DNA of 63,758 nucleotides, filler included, from Octopus bimaculoides (lineage: Eukaryota), in assembly GCF_001194135.2 (NCBI RefSeq). It is 8 parts of 8 records of this genome, joined end to end, with 100 filler letters (N's around TTAATTAATTAA, not from the genome) between each part and the next. Parts side by side here need not be neighbours in the genome. Positions count along the whole stretch, not along the records: positions 1 to 17,137 come from NC_068989.1; 7 more parts are not named here. The stretch is one strand, 5' to 3'. This document shows positions 1-12,746 of the stretch, piece by piece. Positions within the stretch are counted from its first letter, which is position 1, and the number at the start of each line of letters is the position of its first letter. A model generated the notes under the pieces. It was not told where the DNA came from. It searched no databases and saw nothing but the letters and a program-made list of their open reading frames with translations. The position numbers and the translations under genes were made by a program.

Positions 1-50
<50 letters not shown>

Positions 51-51
<1 letters not shown>

Positions 52-407
52 GGGCTGATTACTACCTAGCTCAGATACCAGGAAACCCCAAAATGGCTGA
101 AGTTCAAAAGATAGTGCCCATTGGAACTACCCATATCCTACGTAAAATACTGTCTATGTGATCTCAAATTTTAAAGCAAACATAATTTTCTTATGGTTTC
201 TTAAACATTCACTTGAACAAAACTGTACAAATCCAAATATATGGTACCCTAGGCATAACACCTACATGAACTTCTAACTTGTTGTCTCTTGAGGTCTCTG
301 GGTGAGACTTGGATCCAACTTGTACAAATGCAAAACAAAAGTCAAACATAAAATAATAATAATAATAATGGTGATAATGATAATAATGGTGATAATGATA
401 ATAATGA
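51..407 (+). mobile_element. 5'-truncated R4/Dong-clade retrotransposon 3' end embedded in (TAA)n
   Basis: Frame from 57 reads DYYLAQIPGNPKMAEVQKIVPIGTTHILRKILSM* (TGA 159-161), the QK..LGT.HILRK C-terminus also seen in the longer copies at about 5430-5488 and 9290-9345. About 190 bp 3'UTR follows, then a TAA/TGA tail at 351-407; (AAT)n lies upstream at 1-50. Confidence 0.8.
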
Positions 408-1071
408 GATAGTAATCTGCTATCCACATACATCCTACCAGAAATAAGACCGAACTCAGCTGAAGACGCAGAAACACAAATATAACCCAGCAGGGCAAGG
501 GGAAGGTGACTCCCAAAGATAGGAATATCTGCAATTTCCTGTGAGTGTTTTGAATATCCCTCAAAATGTGTTGGGAAACTTGCATATCTACAGCTTTCGA
601 ACACACAAGCGATCGGTTTTTAAAAAAATCTTTAATATATACAACTTCTGTGAATACCTATCCTTTCCGTTCTCCCTGGGTATTCCAAAATTTAAACATC
701 CTTCTTATTCTAAGAACACTACAATTTTCTATGTGCAGACATAAAAAGACCATATTTAGCAAATCTTAAAAGTCTAATATCTACAACTTTCTGTGAAAAT
801 GTTATCTTCCTTTTCTTTTTCTTTTCTCTCTCCCTGAGTATTCGAAAATGTAAGCATCCATTTTAATGCAAAAACACTATTGTATTCTCCAACTAGACAG
901 ACAATCGAACATCTCAAGAAAACTTAAAAACTTTAATATATTAAATTTTGCGTGAAACATTTATGTTTCTTTCTCCCTGACTACACAGATTTGTAAATAT
1001 AGCCTTCATTGCAACAACACAAGTGAATTCAGTAATTCATAAGTTCAATGACGTGAATATCAGTGTGTGTG

Positions 1072-1112
<41 letters not shown>

Positions 1113-1265
1113 NNNNNNNNNNAGAACAGGGTGAATTGCTTTTTTCAAGACCAAGATCAGCGCTCTCATTGGTCGCTGGTAGTAGTAAACACATTTGACC
1201 TCTGCTGACCCAAAGTGTGCGAAGATGCTTTTGTTTTCTATTGCTGACCTCCTCACCATCTGCCG

Positions 1266-1349
1266 ATTCCTCAAGTACAAGACACAAGTTGAAAATAAAG
1301 AACATTTAATAAAACCTTTTAATAATAAATGGTGGTGATGGTGATAATG

Positions 1350-1397
<48 letters not shown>

Positions 1398-4300
1398 TGC
1401 TGCAGCTGCTAATACTACAACTACTACTATTCTGATAGCACAGGAATATGAGGCCCCACTACCACTACTACCACTACCACCACCCCTACTTATGTTGCTG
1501 TTGCTACCACTACTGCTGCTATTACACATAGATACAACAATAAAGCAGTAATTGACAACGGTGATACAAGACTGAAGAAGACTGTAACTAATATCTACCA
1601 CCCTCTCGAAACCTCTGTTTAAAGAAAATAGCCTAGCTAGCAAAAGAAAAATAATATTGTAAAAAATCAGTTATCGTAGCTACAGAAATAAGGACGAAAG
1701 CAACGATCTTAGTTTTTATACGCTGAGCCTGTTCACCGCAGAAGATTACAAGTGAGCAATGGCCTCTCTGGAAAGTCGTTCTGCATGACAGAAAGAGTAG
1801 TTACACCTCTTTTAAATTACAACTAACATCGCCGAGGAAGGCCAGATCAAATAGTGTAATTTTCTATGCGGCTACCCATGTGTCCAGCGCTGGAAATTGG
1901 TGCCAGCCTTACCCTGAATAGGCCTGTGGAACCTCTGAATCTGTTAATATAACAATGACAAGTAGTAAAACAATAACAACACTAATATCTGTGATATCAG
2001 TGATGATAATAATAATAAAGAAAGGAAGCGTGTGGAATCTCCCCATGTCCTGATTAATGATACATCTAGTGATGGTGTCACAATAAAAACACTGGTAATT
2101 GCGCAACCTGATAATCGCTACCTCATGTGAGTGACAATGAAAAAACAAAAAATTGTGAATGACGGTGGTAAAAAAAATGAAGTAATTGATGATGACAGTG
2201 TTGCATACAGCAGGCTCATATATTCTGGTCCGGCTCCGGCCTGTCGATATCCAGAAAGGGATCACCACACACGGCATAGATGGAGCAAGCAAATTAATGC
2301 TGTGGTCATTGAGTGTTACTACCTGAGCAACCCTGTGGATGAAAATGGTGCTCAAATTAGGGGTTATCGACAACGTATGTATGATTATTGGAGAGAAAAG
2401 GGATTGTTTCAACTCATGGAACAGAGATTATGTGATCAAGCAAGAGGAATAAGAAAACATTGTTGGTTCACAGAAGTAGAACTCAAAGCTATCAAAAGAC
2501 GAGTATTGGATAATAGCAGCAGAGATAACGATGAAAATACAGTTCTTACTAATAAAAGTAATCTCATAGCACAGGAAAGGAGCAGTGATAGCTTACTCGA
2601 TGAGAGACATATAAATGATCTGAAAGAAGACAATAGAACTAATGGCGACATGACAGATGAACAAAATGCAATCTACGACAGAATAAAGGCAAGACTACAG
2701 GAGAACGATAGCGACATTATTTGCAACCTTAAAGAGGTTGATCGGTGGAAATTGAACCAAGAAAGGAAAAGTGTGAATGTAACAAACAACAACATAGAAA
2801 CAAATAATTTGATCAAGGTAGCAAGTATTGTTGCAGCAGAAAACGTAGGTGTTGATGTCAAGGAAAAGAAATATAATGGGAGTGACAAAAGAAAAGATCC
2901 ATGGTGGAAAAGAAGAATACAGGCAGGGTTAGATATGCTCTCGAAGGACATTTCTGTGTTAGACCGAAAAGAGAAAGGGGTGCTTAAAAGTGAACAAAAA
3001 TACAGGGCACTGAAAAGAAGTATAATATTGATAGAAAAGGGCTGAAAGTGGTAATAGAGGAACTGAAACAGCGCCTCGTTGTCAACAAAGCAGTAATGGT
3101 AAGATACGACCAAATAATGAAGGTTTACCACCATAATAGGTAATTCAGAGTAGATCAAGAGAGTTTCTATAAAGAAATAAAAGGAGAGTGTAGAGATGAG
3201 AAGTTGATAGCAGATAATGAAAGTTTTGGGAATGACATCTGGAGCAAGGACAAGGCGCAAAAGACGGATGCTGTATGGTTGGAAGAACTGAAACAAACTG
3301 TAGTCTGTCCAAAACAGGCAGAACTAGTCATTTCAGTTAAGGAAATCAGCAAAAATAAATGAGCAACTGGAAGGCCCCAGGACAAGATGGAGTTCAAGGC
3401 TACTGGATCAAAAGATTTGGTGAATGTGAGGCACGAATAGCTGCGCAACTCAACACCTTATTAAATGCCAACCAAGTAACACTAGAGTGGTTGACATTGG
3501 GTAGGACAGTGTTGTGCTTGAAAAGCATCGAGAAACGCAATACAGTAGATAATTACCGGCCGATATCTTTTTGCCACTTATGTGGAAATTATTGACTGGA
3601 ATACTAACAATGTACTAACATCTGGTAAAAAGGGAGTCCTGCCACATGAGCAGAAGAATTGCAAGCGTAACTGCAGAGGTACCAATGATAAACTCTTGAT
3701 AGACAAAATTGTACTGCGAGAGGAGGAAAAGTAACTTAGCCATGTCATGGATCGGCTATCGTAAGGCGTACGATATGATCCTACATTTTTGGATTATGGA
3801 ATGTATGAACCTATTTGGTATTGCATCGAATGTTGGGCGATTGCTTGGAAAAAGTATGGCGAATTGGAGGACGAACCTGATAGCATACGGAAGAAGTTTG
3901 GGTGCAGTAGAAATCAGGAGAGGCAACTTCTAATGGGACTGCCAGTCCCCACTGATCTTTGTACTGTGCTTGATACCACTAACATTGATTCTGAGGAAAG
4001 CAAAATCTGGGTATGTATTCAAAGCCGCCAAAAAAGGTCAACCGTTTGCTATTCATAGATGAAAACTTTATGGTAAAGATAAATCCCAAGTCAGTCACTT
4101 TGTTGATATGGTGTACACTTTCAGTGCTGATATCGGAATGGAGTTCGGACTGAGAAAGTGTGGTGTGTTAGTCTTGAAGAGGATAAATCAAATGTATGGA
4201 CGAGCTAACGATACCGTCGGGGGAGGTTATGAACCAGATAGAAGAGACAGGCGATAAGTACTTGGGGATTTTGGAAATGGATAAATTCATGGGGAAAGAA

Positions 4301-5571
4301 ATGACAGAAAATTTTAAGGTAGAGTACTTGCGCAGACTGAGACTGATCCTTAAGTCGAAATTAAACAGGCGGAATAAGATTGAAGCTATCAACAACTGAG
4401 CTGTTTCACTCCTTAGATATGGAGCAGGGGTAATCGCATGGAGAATAGACGAACTAAATATATTAAACAGAACGACAAGGACGTTGCTAACTAGATATGG
4501 GACACTCCACCCAAAAAGTGTCACAGACAGACAGTATGTACCAGGAAAAAGAGGGGGAATAGGACTTATTGGATGCGGACATAGCATTAGAGCAGAAGAC
4601 ATGAACATAGCATCGTATGTAAAAAAAGGCCACAGAACCGGTATTATTAGTAGAAGGTCAGGCTTGTGCAGGATGAAAGTTTGCAAAGATAAAGCACTGT
4701 ACAAGCAATTGAAAACGAATGAAACAGAAAATAGGTGTGTAAAGAAAAGAATGCATGGACAATTCCATAGGGATGTTGGAGATAAGACAGAGAGAGAAGA
4801 AAATAGCTGTGGATGACTAAAAGTGATTTAAAACTGGAAACAGAGGTTCTAATCTGTGCTGCTCAAGAGCAAGCACTAAGAACAAAGTATATAAAATACA
4901 GAATATACAACATATCAGAAAGTGATAAATGTGGAATCTGTAGACAAAATGATGAAACTGTATGGCTTATTACCAGTCAATGTACGCCATTAGCCCAGAA
5001 GGAATATAAGAGACGCCACGACAATATAGCCAGGCTTGCCCATTGGACATTTTGCAACAAGTATGAACTTGACAGAGCAAAATATTGGCACGACCACAAA
5101 CCAGATGGCATCATCATCGTAAATGATAATGCAAAGATCCTGTGGGATTGTATGATTCAGAGCCACCATGAGCTAGAGAATAAGAAGCCACACGTAGTCT
5201 TAATTGACAAAGAAAACAAACTAGTTAATAGATTTAGAAGACAATGTAGACGACAAGGAAGAAAGAAAAGTCGAGAGATATGACAAGTTATCTTGGGAAA
5301 TTAAGCAGCTGTGGTCGATGAAAAAGGTAGTAGTAGTACCACCAATAATTGTTGGAGCCCTGGAAACAGTGAACAAAAATCTCGATAAGTACATGGAACA
5401 AATAGGAGATGCAATAAGGGTGGAGTACTTGCAGAAAACAGCACTGCTTGGAACCGCTCGAATACTCCGGAAGGTGCCCGAAAAATAAGAGGTGTTAGCT
5501 TAGTTCAGTGGTAATGAATAGCTGACACCTTAGTACACCTCCAGTGTTACCAGCTGTGCAAAAGTAATCAC

Positions 5572-5642
<71 letters not shown>
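1266..5642 (+). mobile_element. Near full-length, frameshifted R4/Dong-clade RLE non-LTR retrotransposon (copy A)
   Basis: ORF pieces 2131-3045, 3359-3595, 3709-3933, 4196-4399, 4484-4816, 4813-5283. N-terminal RWSK..VIECYYLSNP..GYRQRM..W..EQRLCDQ; RT motifs NWKAPGQDGVQGYW, NYRPI, YRKAYD; zinc-knuckle-like CGIC..ETV.LITSQC; RLE-type ILWD..K.PHVVLID; ends LQKTALLGTARILRK*; (TAA)n tail 5571-5642. The 5' limit is set by homology to the copy at 55713-58917. Confidence 0.9.
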
Positions 5643-5643
<1 letters not shown>

Positions 5644-5699
5644 GATGATGATTATGATGATGATCATGATGATGATGATGATGATCATGATGATAATAA

Positions 5700-8266
5700 G
5701 TCATGAACAAGGTAGCACCAATAATCATCAAATATATAAAACATTCGATGAATAAATGGCAGACAGTGCTACAGCTCCAGGCATACCTGTTATGCCTGGA
5801 GCTGTAGCACTGTCTGACACATAAAAAACAAAGCCATCCCCATAAGAGGAGGAATATTCCAGGGAGACACGCTCTCTTCACTACTTTTCTGCGTCGAACT
5901 GATACGTTTATCTGATATGATAAGCAGAACTAGATGTGAATAAAACTGTTACGGCTACCTATTATATACGGATGATCTAAAGCTGTACGCTGCAAAAGAT
6001 AAACAGCTGGAAACATTGCTACAGACATTACATGGATTTACCAAAGACAAAAACATGAAATGTGGCTTACAATAATGTGCCAAAGCAGCCTTGAAGAGAG
6101 GAAAACTAGCTTAGAGTAGCAATATCACACTAGATAATGCAAATGAAATAAGATAATTAGATCAAAGCCAGACATACAAATACTTAGGAACCAATAAGCT
6201 AGATACGATACAACAAGCACAAATGAAAGAAAAAAAATAAACAAAGAATACTATAGATGAGTTAGATTAATACTGAAAACAGATCTCAATGTGTAAAAAA
6301 AGATAATAGTTATCAGCACTCTAGCTGCTAGAGTGTTGATGACTATAAGTTACAGCTACAATATACTTAGCTGGACACTAAAATGAACTAATCAAAGTAG
6401 ACAGGAAAAGAAGAAAAATAAGGACAGGATTTATGCTGCACCACCCAAAATATGACATAGAACGGTTATATATATATATATATATATATATANNNNNNNN
6501 NNNNNNNNNNNNNNNNNNNNNNNNNNNNNNNNNNNNNNNNNNNNNNNNNNNNNNNNNNNNNNNNNNNNNNNNNNNNNNNNNNNNNNNNNNNNNNNNNNNN
6601 NNNNNNNNNNNNNNNNNNNNNNNNNNNNNNNNNNNNNNNNNNNNNNNNNNNNNNNNNNNNNNNNNNNNNNNNNNNNNNNNNNNNNNNNNNNNNNNNNNNN
6701 NNNNNNNNNNNNNNNNNNNNNNNNNNNNNNNNNNNNNNNNNNNNNNNNNNNNNNNNNNNNNNNNNNNNNNNNNNNNNNNNNNNNNNNNNNNNNNNNNNNN
6801 NNNNNNNNNNNNNNNNNNNNNNNNNNNNNNNNNNNNNNNNNNNNNNNNNNNNNNNNNNNNNNNNNNNNNNNNNNNNNNNNNNNNNNNNNNNNNNNNNNNN
6901 NNNNNNNNNNNNNNNNNNNNNNNNNNNNNNNNNNNNNNNNNNNNNNNNNNNNNNNNNNNNNNNNNNNNNNNNNNNNNNNNNNNNNNNNNNNNNNNNNNNN
7001 NNNNNNNNNNNNNNNNNNNNNNNNNNNNNNNNNNNNNNNNNNNNNNNNNNNNNNNNNNNNNNNNNNNNNNNNNNNNNNNNNNNNNNNNNNNNNNNNNNNN
7101 NNNNNNNNNNNNNNNNNNNNNNNNNNNNNNNNNNNNNNNNNNNNNNNNNNNNNNNNNNNNNNNNNNNNNNNNNNNNNNNNNNNNNNNNNNNNNNNNNNNN
7201 NNNNNNNNNNNNNNNNNNNNNNNNNNNNNNNNNNNNNNNNNNNNNNNNNNNNNNNNNNNNNNNNATTTTTAGAATTGATATCAAATCTATTTTTAGAAAT
7301 GATGATATTTTAATTTATTGTTTTGTGTGGGTTGTAGGGATAAGATTTTTAAACCCCAGTAGGTGTTTGACTGTTCTTAGAAATGATGCCAAATCTATTT
7401 ATAGAAATGATGATATCTGAGAGATTTTTTGTGCTTTGGTTACAGGGATAAGATTTTTAAACCTCAAGTAACATGGATTTAATCATTATTTGTTAAGAGT
7501 GGGTTTGAATTTCTTAATAAAGTCCTTTTCTTTGCATTTTCTTTCAATTTCATTCCGGTTGTAAAGTTTATGGAATGGAAATATAATAAAAGTTTGATGA
7601 CCACATGTTGCCAGATGGTNNNNNNNNNNNNNNNNNNNNNNNNNNNNNNNNNNNNNNNNNNNNNNNNNNNNNNNNNNNNNNNNNNNNNNNNNNNNNNNNN
7701 NNNNNNNNNNNNNNNNNNNNNNNNNNNNNNNNNNNNNNNNNNNNNNNNNNNNNNNNNNNNNNNNNNNNNNNNNNNNNNNNNNNNNNNNNNNNNNNNNNNN
7801 NNNNNNNNNNNNNNNNNNNNNNNNNNNNNNNNNNNNNNNNNNNNNNNNNNNNNNNNNNNNNNNNNNNNNNNNNNNNNNNNNNNNNNNNNNNNNNNNNNNN
7901 NNNNNNNNNNNNNNNNNNNNNNNNNNNNNNNNNNNNNNNNNNNNNNNNNNNNNNNNNNNNNNNNNNNNNNNNNNNNNNNNNNNNNNNNNNNNNNNNNNNN
8001 NNNNNNNNNNNNNNNATGGTATGTTGCGTTTTGTATGGGGTGGATGGCACGATTTAAAGTTCAAGTATTGGTGTGTGTCTGTGTGTTTGTAATATATATC
8101 TGTGGTAATGGCGGTGTTCTTTTTAATTACCATTATATCTAGAAATGGTAATTTGCTACTGTTCATCTCCTTTGTAAATTGGATGGATGGGTGTAGGTTG
8201 TTCAGGAGGGTGTTAAATTCTTCCACAATGCTTTGAGGTTTGGTCCAGATTATGAAGCAATCGTCC

Positions 8267-8305
<39 letters not shown>

Positions 8306-9470
8306 AAGTATGGAAGTTGGTAGAGACCTTATACAGCTAGAAATCTATTAAAAAATAACCACTATAGGACTAGAGAAATACCTATTTCAGAAGGAAGGAA
8401 AACTAATACAAATAGCCACAAAACACGAACAAAACAAAAAATGTTCTCAGTTGTTAAGGAAGCTAACAAATACAAAAAAGAAGTTATAGTATCTAACATC
8501 TGTGAAGGAAAAGAAGAAAGAGCAAAAACTGTAGAACAACTGAAATTCAAACTAAACCTGGTACAGCAAGGGATCATGGTAAAACGATAGCAAGAGAAGC
8601 CCCTTCGTGGAAAAAGCTGGGTTAAACTAAATGCAAATGGAGTAGACAAAATAAAATTCCAGCAATTCCTGAGAAGCTAAGGGCTTCAAGCAGATACAGA
8701 AATATTTTCAATTGCAGCACAAGACCAAAGCCTCCCCACTAGAAGTTACCAAAAACATATAAGGAAAAGAAGCATAACAAGTAACTGCAGAATATGTAGA
8801 GAGGGACAGGAAACAATAAACCATATTGTCTCTTGCTGCCTAGTCTTGGCTAAGATGGAATATATCACAGATACCACAGAGTTGGGATCGATATACACAG
8901 AAGTAATGCAAATACTATGGAATAAGAACAGAAAATATATAGTATAGGCACTCGCCCTAAAACATTACAGAAAATGAGAAAGTAATCATTCTATGGGATA
9001 TGCCAATACACGCAGAGAGAGAAATTGAGGCCAGTAGGCCATAGTTGTCATAGATGATAAAGGAAAAAATGCTTTCTAATCGATGTATCAATAACAACAG
9101 ATGACAAGGTTTCTCTAAAAGAAATGGAAAAACTATCAAAATACGAAGACCTGGAAATAGAGGTAACTTGAATGTGGAGTCTAAAAACAGAAAGAATTCC
9201 TTTCATAGTAGGTGTGTTAGGTGTGATAAAAAAAAATTTCACACAAATGCATAACAAAAACAACAGGACTAACAAGTATATATAACATACAGAAAATTGC
9301 ACTATTGGGCACTGCACACATCCTACGTAAAACACTTTCAATACAGTGAAAATAAGAACATCACAAGAAATAACAGTACATACCTAAGGCACATAGAACT
9401 GTGCTCGGTAGTGCAGTGAAATCACGTGATAAAAATAAGTCTACTGAATAATAATAATAATAATAATAAT
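5700..9470 (+). mobile_element. 5'-truncated R4/Dong copy B, split by a nested Penelope-like insertion (segments 5700-6472 and 8301-9470)
   Basis: 5850-6472 reads IFQGDTLS..LLYTDDLKLY..TYKYLG..HHPKYDIERLYI. 8301-9345 resumes QSMEVGRDLIQLEI..IAAQDQSLPT..CRICREGQETINHIVSCC..KEMEKLSKYEDLEIE..IVGVLG..KIALLGTAHILRK. TAA tail at 9448-9473. Confidence 0.85.
7267..8272 (-). mobile_element. Penelope-like element 3' part (RT C-terminus/thumb plus GIY-YIG end), gapped
   Basis: Minus strand reads IYLDDCFIIW..EEFNTLLNNLHPSIQFT..LPFLDI..TDIYYKHTDTHQYLNFKSCHP.HTKRNIP [gap] HLATCGH..ERKCKEKDFIKKFKPTLNK*. These are typical PLE signatures. An imperfect direct repeat of about 75 bp follows the stop (about 7282-7353 and 7391-7463). 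Confidence 0.85.
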
Positions 9471-9474
9471 AATG

Positions 9475-9527
<53 letters not shown>

Positions 9528-9545
9528 CATTATTATTATCATTAT
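9448..9545. repeat. (AAT)n flipping to (ATT)n: self-complementary trinucleotide array
   Basis: aataataat...aatgattattattatt... seen directly; it is the tail of copy B. Confidence 0.95.
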
Positions 9546-9949
9546 CCTGTTTATTGAAAAAACACAGCGGTTTTCTCTAACTGGACGTACAAACGAACAT
9601 CTCTAGAAAAGTCAACTTTAATTTCCACAATATTACCTATATTTTCTCCCTAACTACCCGAAATATGCAAACGTACTTTTTATTGCAATAACAGAAATAC
9701 ACGTGGAACAAAATAATGATAATAATAATAGATTCTTTCTGATCGAACAGAACTTCTCTATTCACAAATAATACAGAACAGAGTAAGTCGGCCTTTCCTT
9801 AATTTTTCTTAAGGTGAAAAATTTTCAAATGGCAGAATATCTTCCCCGAATACGAACCTGGAAAGTCACTTAAACGGGATTTGTCCCAAATTAAGTCCCC
9901 AAAGTTCACCACCACAGCGACCACAAAATCAAAAATGTAAAATAACTAA

Positions 9950-12612
9950 ATGGAACCGGGAAGAATATAAAGAAGTAATATACGCTTATTACTTTGCATT
10001 AAGTAGGCCAACCCAAGAGAAACACACCGGAAACTCCTACAGAATTTGGAAGAGCCTGAATCCAGCTAGCAGACCAAATATGGAGGAAAACAAATTAGCA
10101 AATGTTAGAAGAGATATCTTCAGAAATACCAGACTCACAGATGCAGAATTAACCTCTATTAAAAAAGTGGTAGAGAATGAGTAGAATATAAGTCAGGAAA
10201 GAAATAACGAAGTAGAGGAGAGGAATGTTGAACCACAAACATTGACTGAAAGGCGACCATCTGCCGAAACCACTCAAGAGCCTGAAGAAAAAGGAAAATA
10301 TAATGACCCTAGGAAAAACAGCCCGGAAATTGATGTCGAAACAGAATTTGAAGACCGCATGTTTGCTGAACAACACAGAAAATCTATCATTGAAATGAAG
10401 CAGGATGTTCTGTATGAGCTTGAAGTTGTAGGGCATAGAAATATGAATGATAGGGAACCACTCCACGAACTCTCAAATGCACACCAACATAAAACACAAA
10501 TAAAAATGTGCAACTGCGTTACACAAGAAATCATACAACAACTAAATCCTGATCTTAATAAGTTAAATGAAATTATTTACTCTGTTGCTAAGGTAATCGA
10601 AAGACGCTGTTTAATACCCAAAAAGCTAATGATACCAAATTCGAAAATAAAATCAAACTGGAGGAGTAGAATTGAAACTGAGATTGAATCATTGCGAAGG
10701 GAGATAGTTATATTAACTGAGCTAATCTCTGGAAATAGTGTAAGATCAAGAAAAGGCAGGATGATCGTGAGAAAATATGGACTCTCAACAAGAGAAGAAC
10801 TAATGTCAGCGAATAAATCACTTAAACAAAAAGTTCAAGCCAAAGCTCAGAGAATACGCAGATTTGAGAAAAGAATGAAATTCTACAAGCAAAATAAGAT
10901 GTTCAAATCCAATGCCAAATCATTTTACAGGGAAATAGGGAAAGAAAAAATAACCTTTGAAAAACCACCCCTAATGGCGGAAGTTGAAAACTTTTGGAAA
11001 GGGATCTGGAGAGATGAGAAACCACACAATGAAAATGCAGACTGGATCAAACGCACCCAAGAGCCTGCAAAAATCTACAAGAACGGGTATGGGAAGATAT
11101 CTCAATCGCCGACCTAAGGAGGGCACTAACGAAGGCTCATAAGTAAAAATCCCCTGGTATTGATAGAGTACCAAATTTCTGGCTCTCATCACTCTCGTCC
11201 GCACACAAAATGTTAGCAATACTATTTAATAGTATTATGAAAGACCCGGAAAAAAAACTCGCTATTGGATGGCAAATGGTATTACTTACCTCTTCTCCAA
11301 AAATAACGAAACCACAGACCCAAAAAACTACCGGGCTATAACATGTTTGTCTACTACCTATAAAATTTTGACATCTATTCTAGTGGAGAAAACATATACG
11401 TTTATGGAAGAGAATAACCTCTTTCCCACTGAACAAAAAGGATGCAGACGAGATTCATACGGATGCAAAAATCAGCTCCTAATTAATCGCATGCTCCTTG
11501 AGAACTGCTATAACAAGCGCAGAAATCTCAGCTCGTCATGGATTGATTATAAAAAAAGCCTTTGACAGCATGCCACATTCGTGGATTCTGAAATCGCTGG
11601 TCATTTTCAAAATTTCTCCTGTGATTTCAGATTAAAGTATAATATGTAACTATGCAACACTAAGCTGCAATTATATCATTCTAACGGAGTATTGCGCTCA
11701 AACAATATTAGCATAAACTGTAGCATTTTCCAAGGTGACTCACATTCACCACTAATTTTCTGCATAGCACTAATACCACTCTCAAGGGAACTGAATAGAA
11801 CAGGGAATGGCTACAAAACTGACAACAGGAAAATAAGCCATCTATTTTACATGGATGATTTGAAACTATATGGCAAAGATGATGAAGAGCTTGAAAGACT
11901 ACTACATACTGTGAAAGAATTCACTGATGATGTCGGGATGGAGTTTGGCCTTGAAAAGTGTGCCAACGTCACTTTTAAGAAAGGGAAACCGGTGAAGTCA
12001 AGTTCAATCGAATTAGATGCCAAAACAGTAATAAAAGAACTTGAGCAGGAAGAAACCTTTAAATACCTAGGAATAAATGAAGGCTCTGGTATCCAGCATG
12101 CACGCATGAAAGAGAGTAGAATGGAATCTTATAGATGAGTTCGAGCAGTTCTGAAGTCTGAGCTGAATGCATATAATAAGGTGTTAGCCATAAATTCCTT
12201 AGCAGTCCCAAATATTCTTTATAGCTTCAATGTGCTTAACTGAAATACCAGTGAAATAATGAAAATTGACAGAAAACTCCGCAAGCTACTGACTTGTAAT
12301 AAGATGCACCATCCAAAGGCATACTTGGATCGTTTTTACCTTCCCAGAGCTCAGGAATGTCGAGGCTTAATCCAGCTTGAACTTACGTGCAAAACCATCA
12401 CAATCGGACTGGCCAAATACCTTGAAACAACCAAAGATTGGATGCTGAAACTTGTTGAAAAACATGAAAAACCGAAAAAACTTCACTCTAGTCTGAAAGA
12501 GAGCAAACAGTTCGCTACTGATCTCTTAGATGCCTTCCAGATTGATCAGGTTGAAGGAAATTCGCCACCTGCTGCTGCAAAGAAAATAAAATTAATTGCA
12601 AAGACAAAAGCA
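9950..12612 (+). mobile_element. R4/Dong-clade copy C (different subfamily), 3' end lost in gap
   Basis: From 9960: EEYKEVIYAYYF..YRIW..NKLANVRRDI..TDAEL. ORFs 10242-11117, 11269-11565 (NYRAITCL, EQKGCRR, WIDYKK), 11692-12138 (IFQGDSHSPL, HLFYMDDLKLY, FKYLG), 12259-12612 (HHPKA.LDRFYLPR..RGLIQLE). Confidence 0.9.
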
Positions 12613-12746
12613 NNNNNNNNNNNNNNNNNNNNNNNNNNNNNNNNNNNNNNNNNNNNNNNNNNNNNNNNNNNNNNNNNNNNNNNNNNNNNNNNNNNNNNNN
12701 NNNNNNNNNNNNATATATATATACATTTGTCATTGATTTTATATTG

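Noticed and set aside
1125-1208. HWSLVVV peptide recalling Ulp1/C48 proteases (a domain carried by NeSL elements)
   Set aside because: Only 7 residues, a stop follows within 7 codons, there is no downstream Asp or Cys motif, and it sits next to a gap.
1572-1620. CTGAAGAAG..CGAAAC in the 5' region of copy A
   Set aside because: No GUH cleavage triplet, stem II only 2 bp, stem I not consistent.
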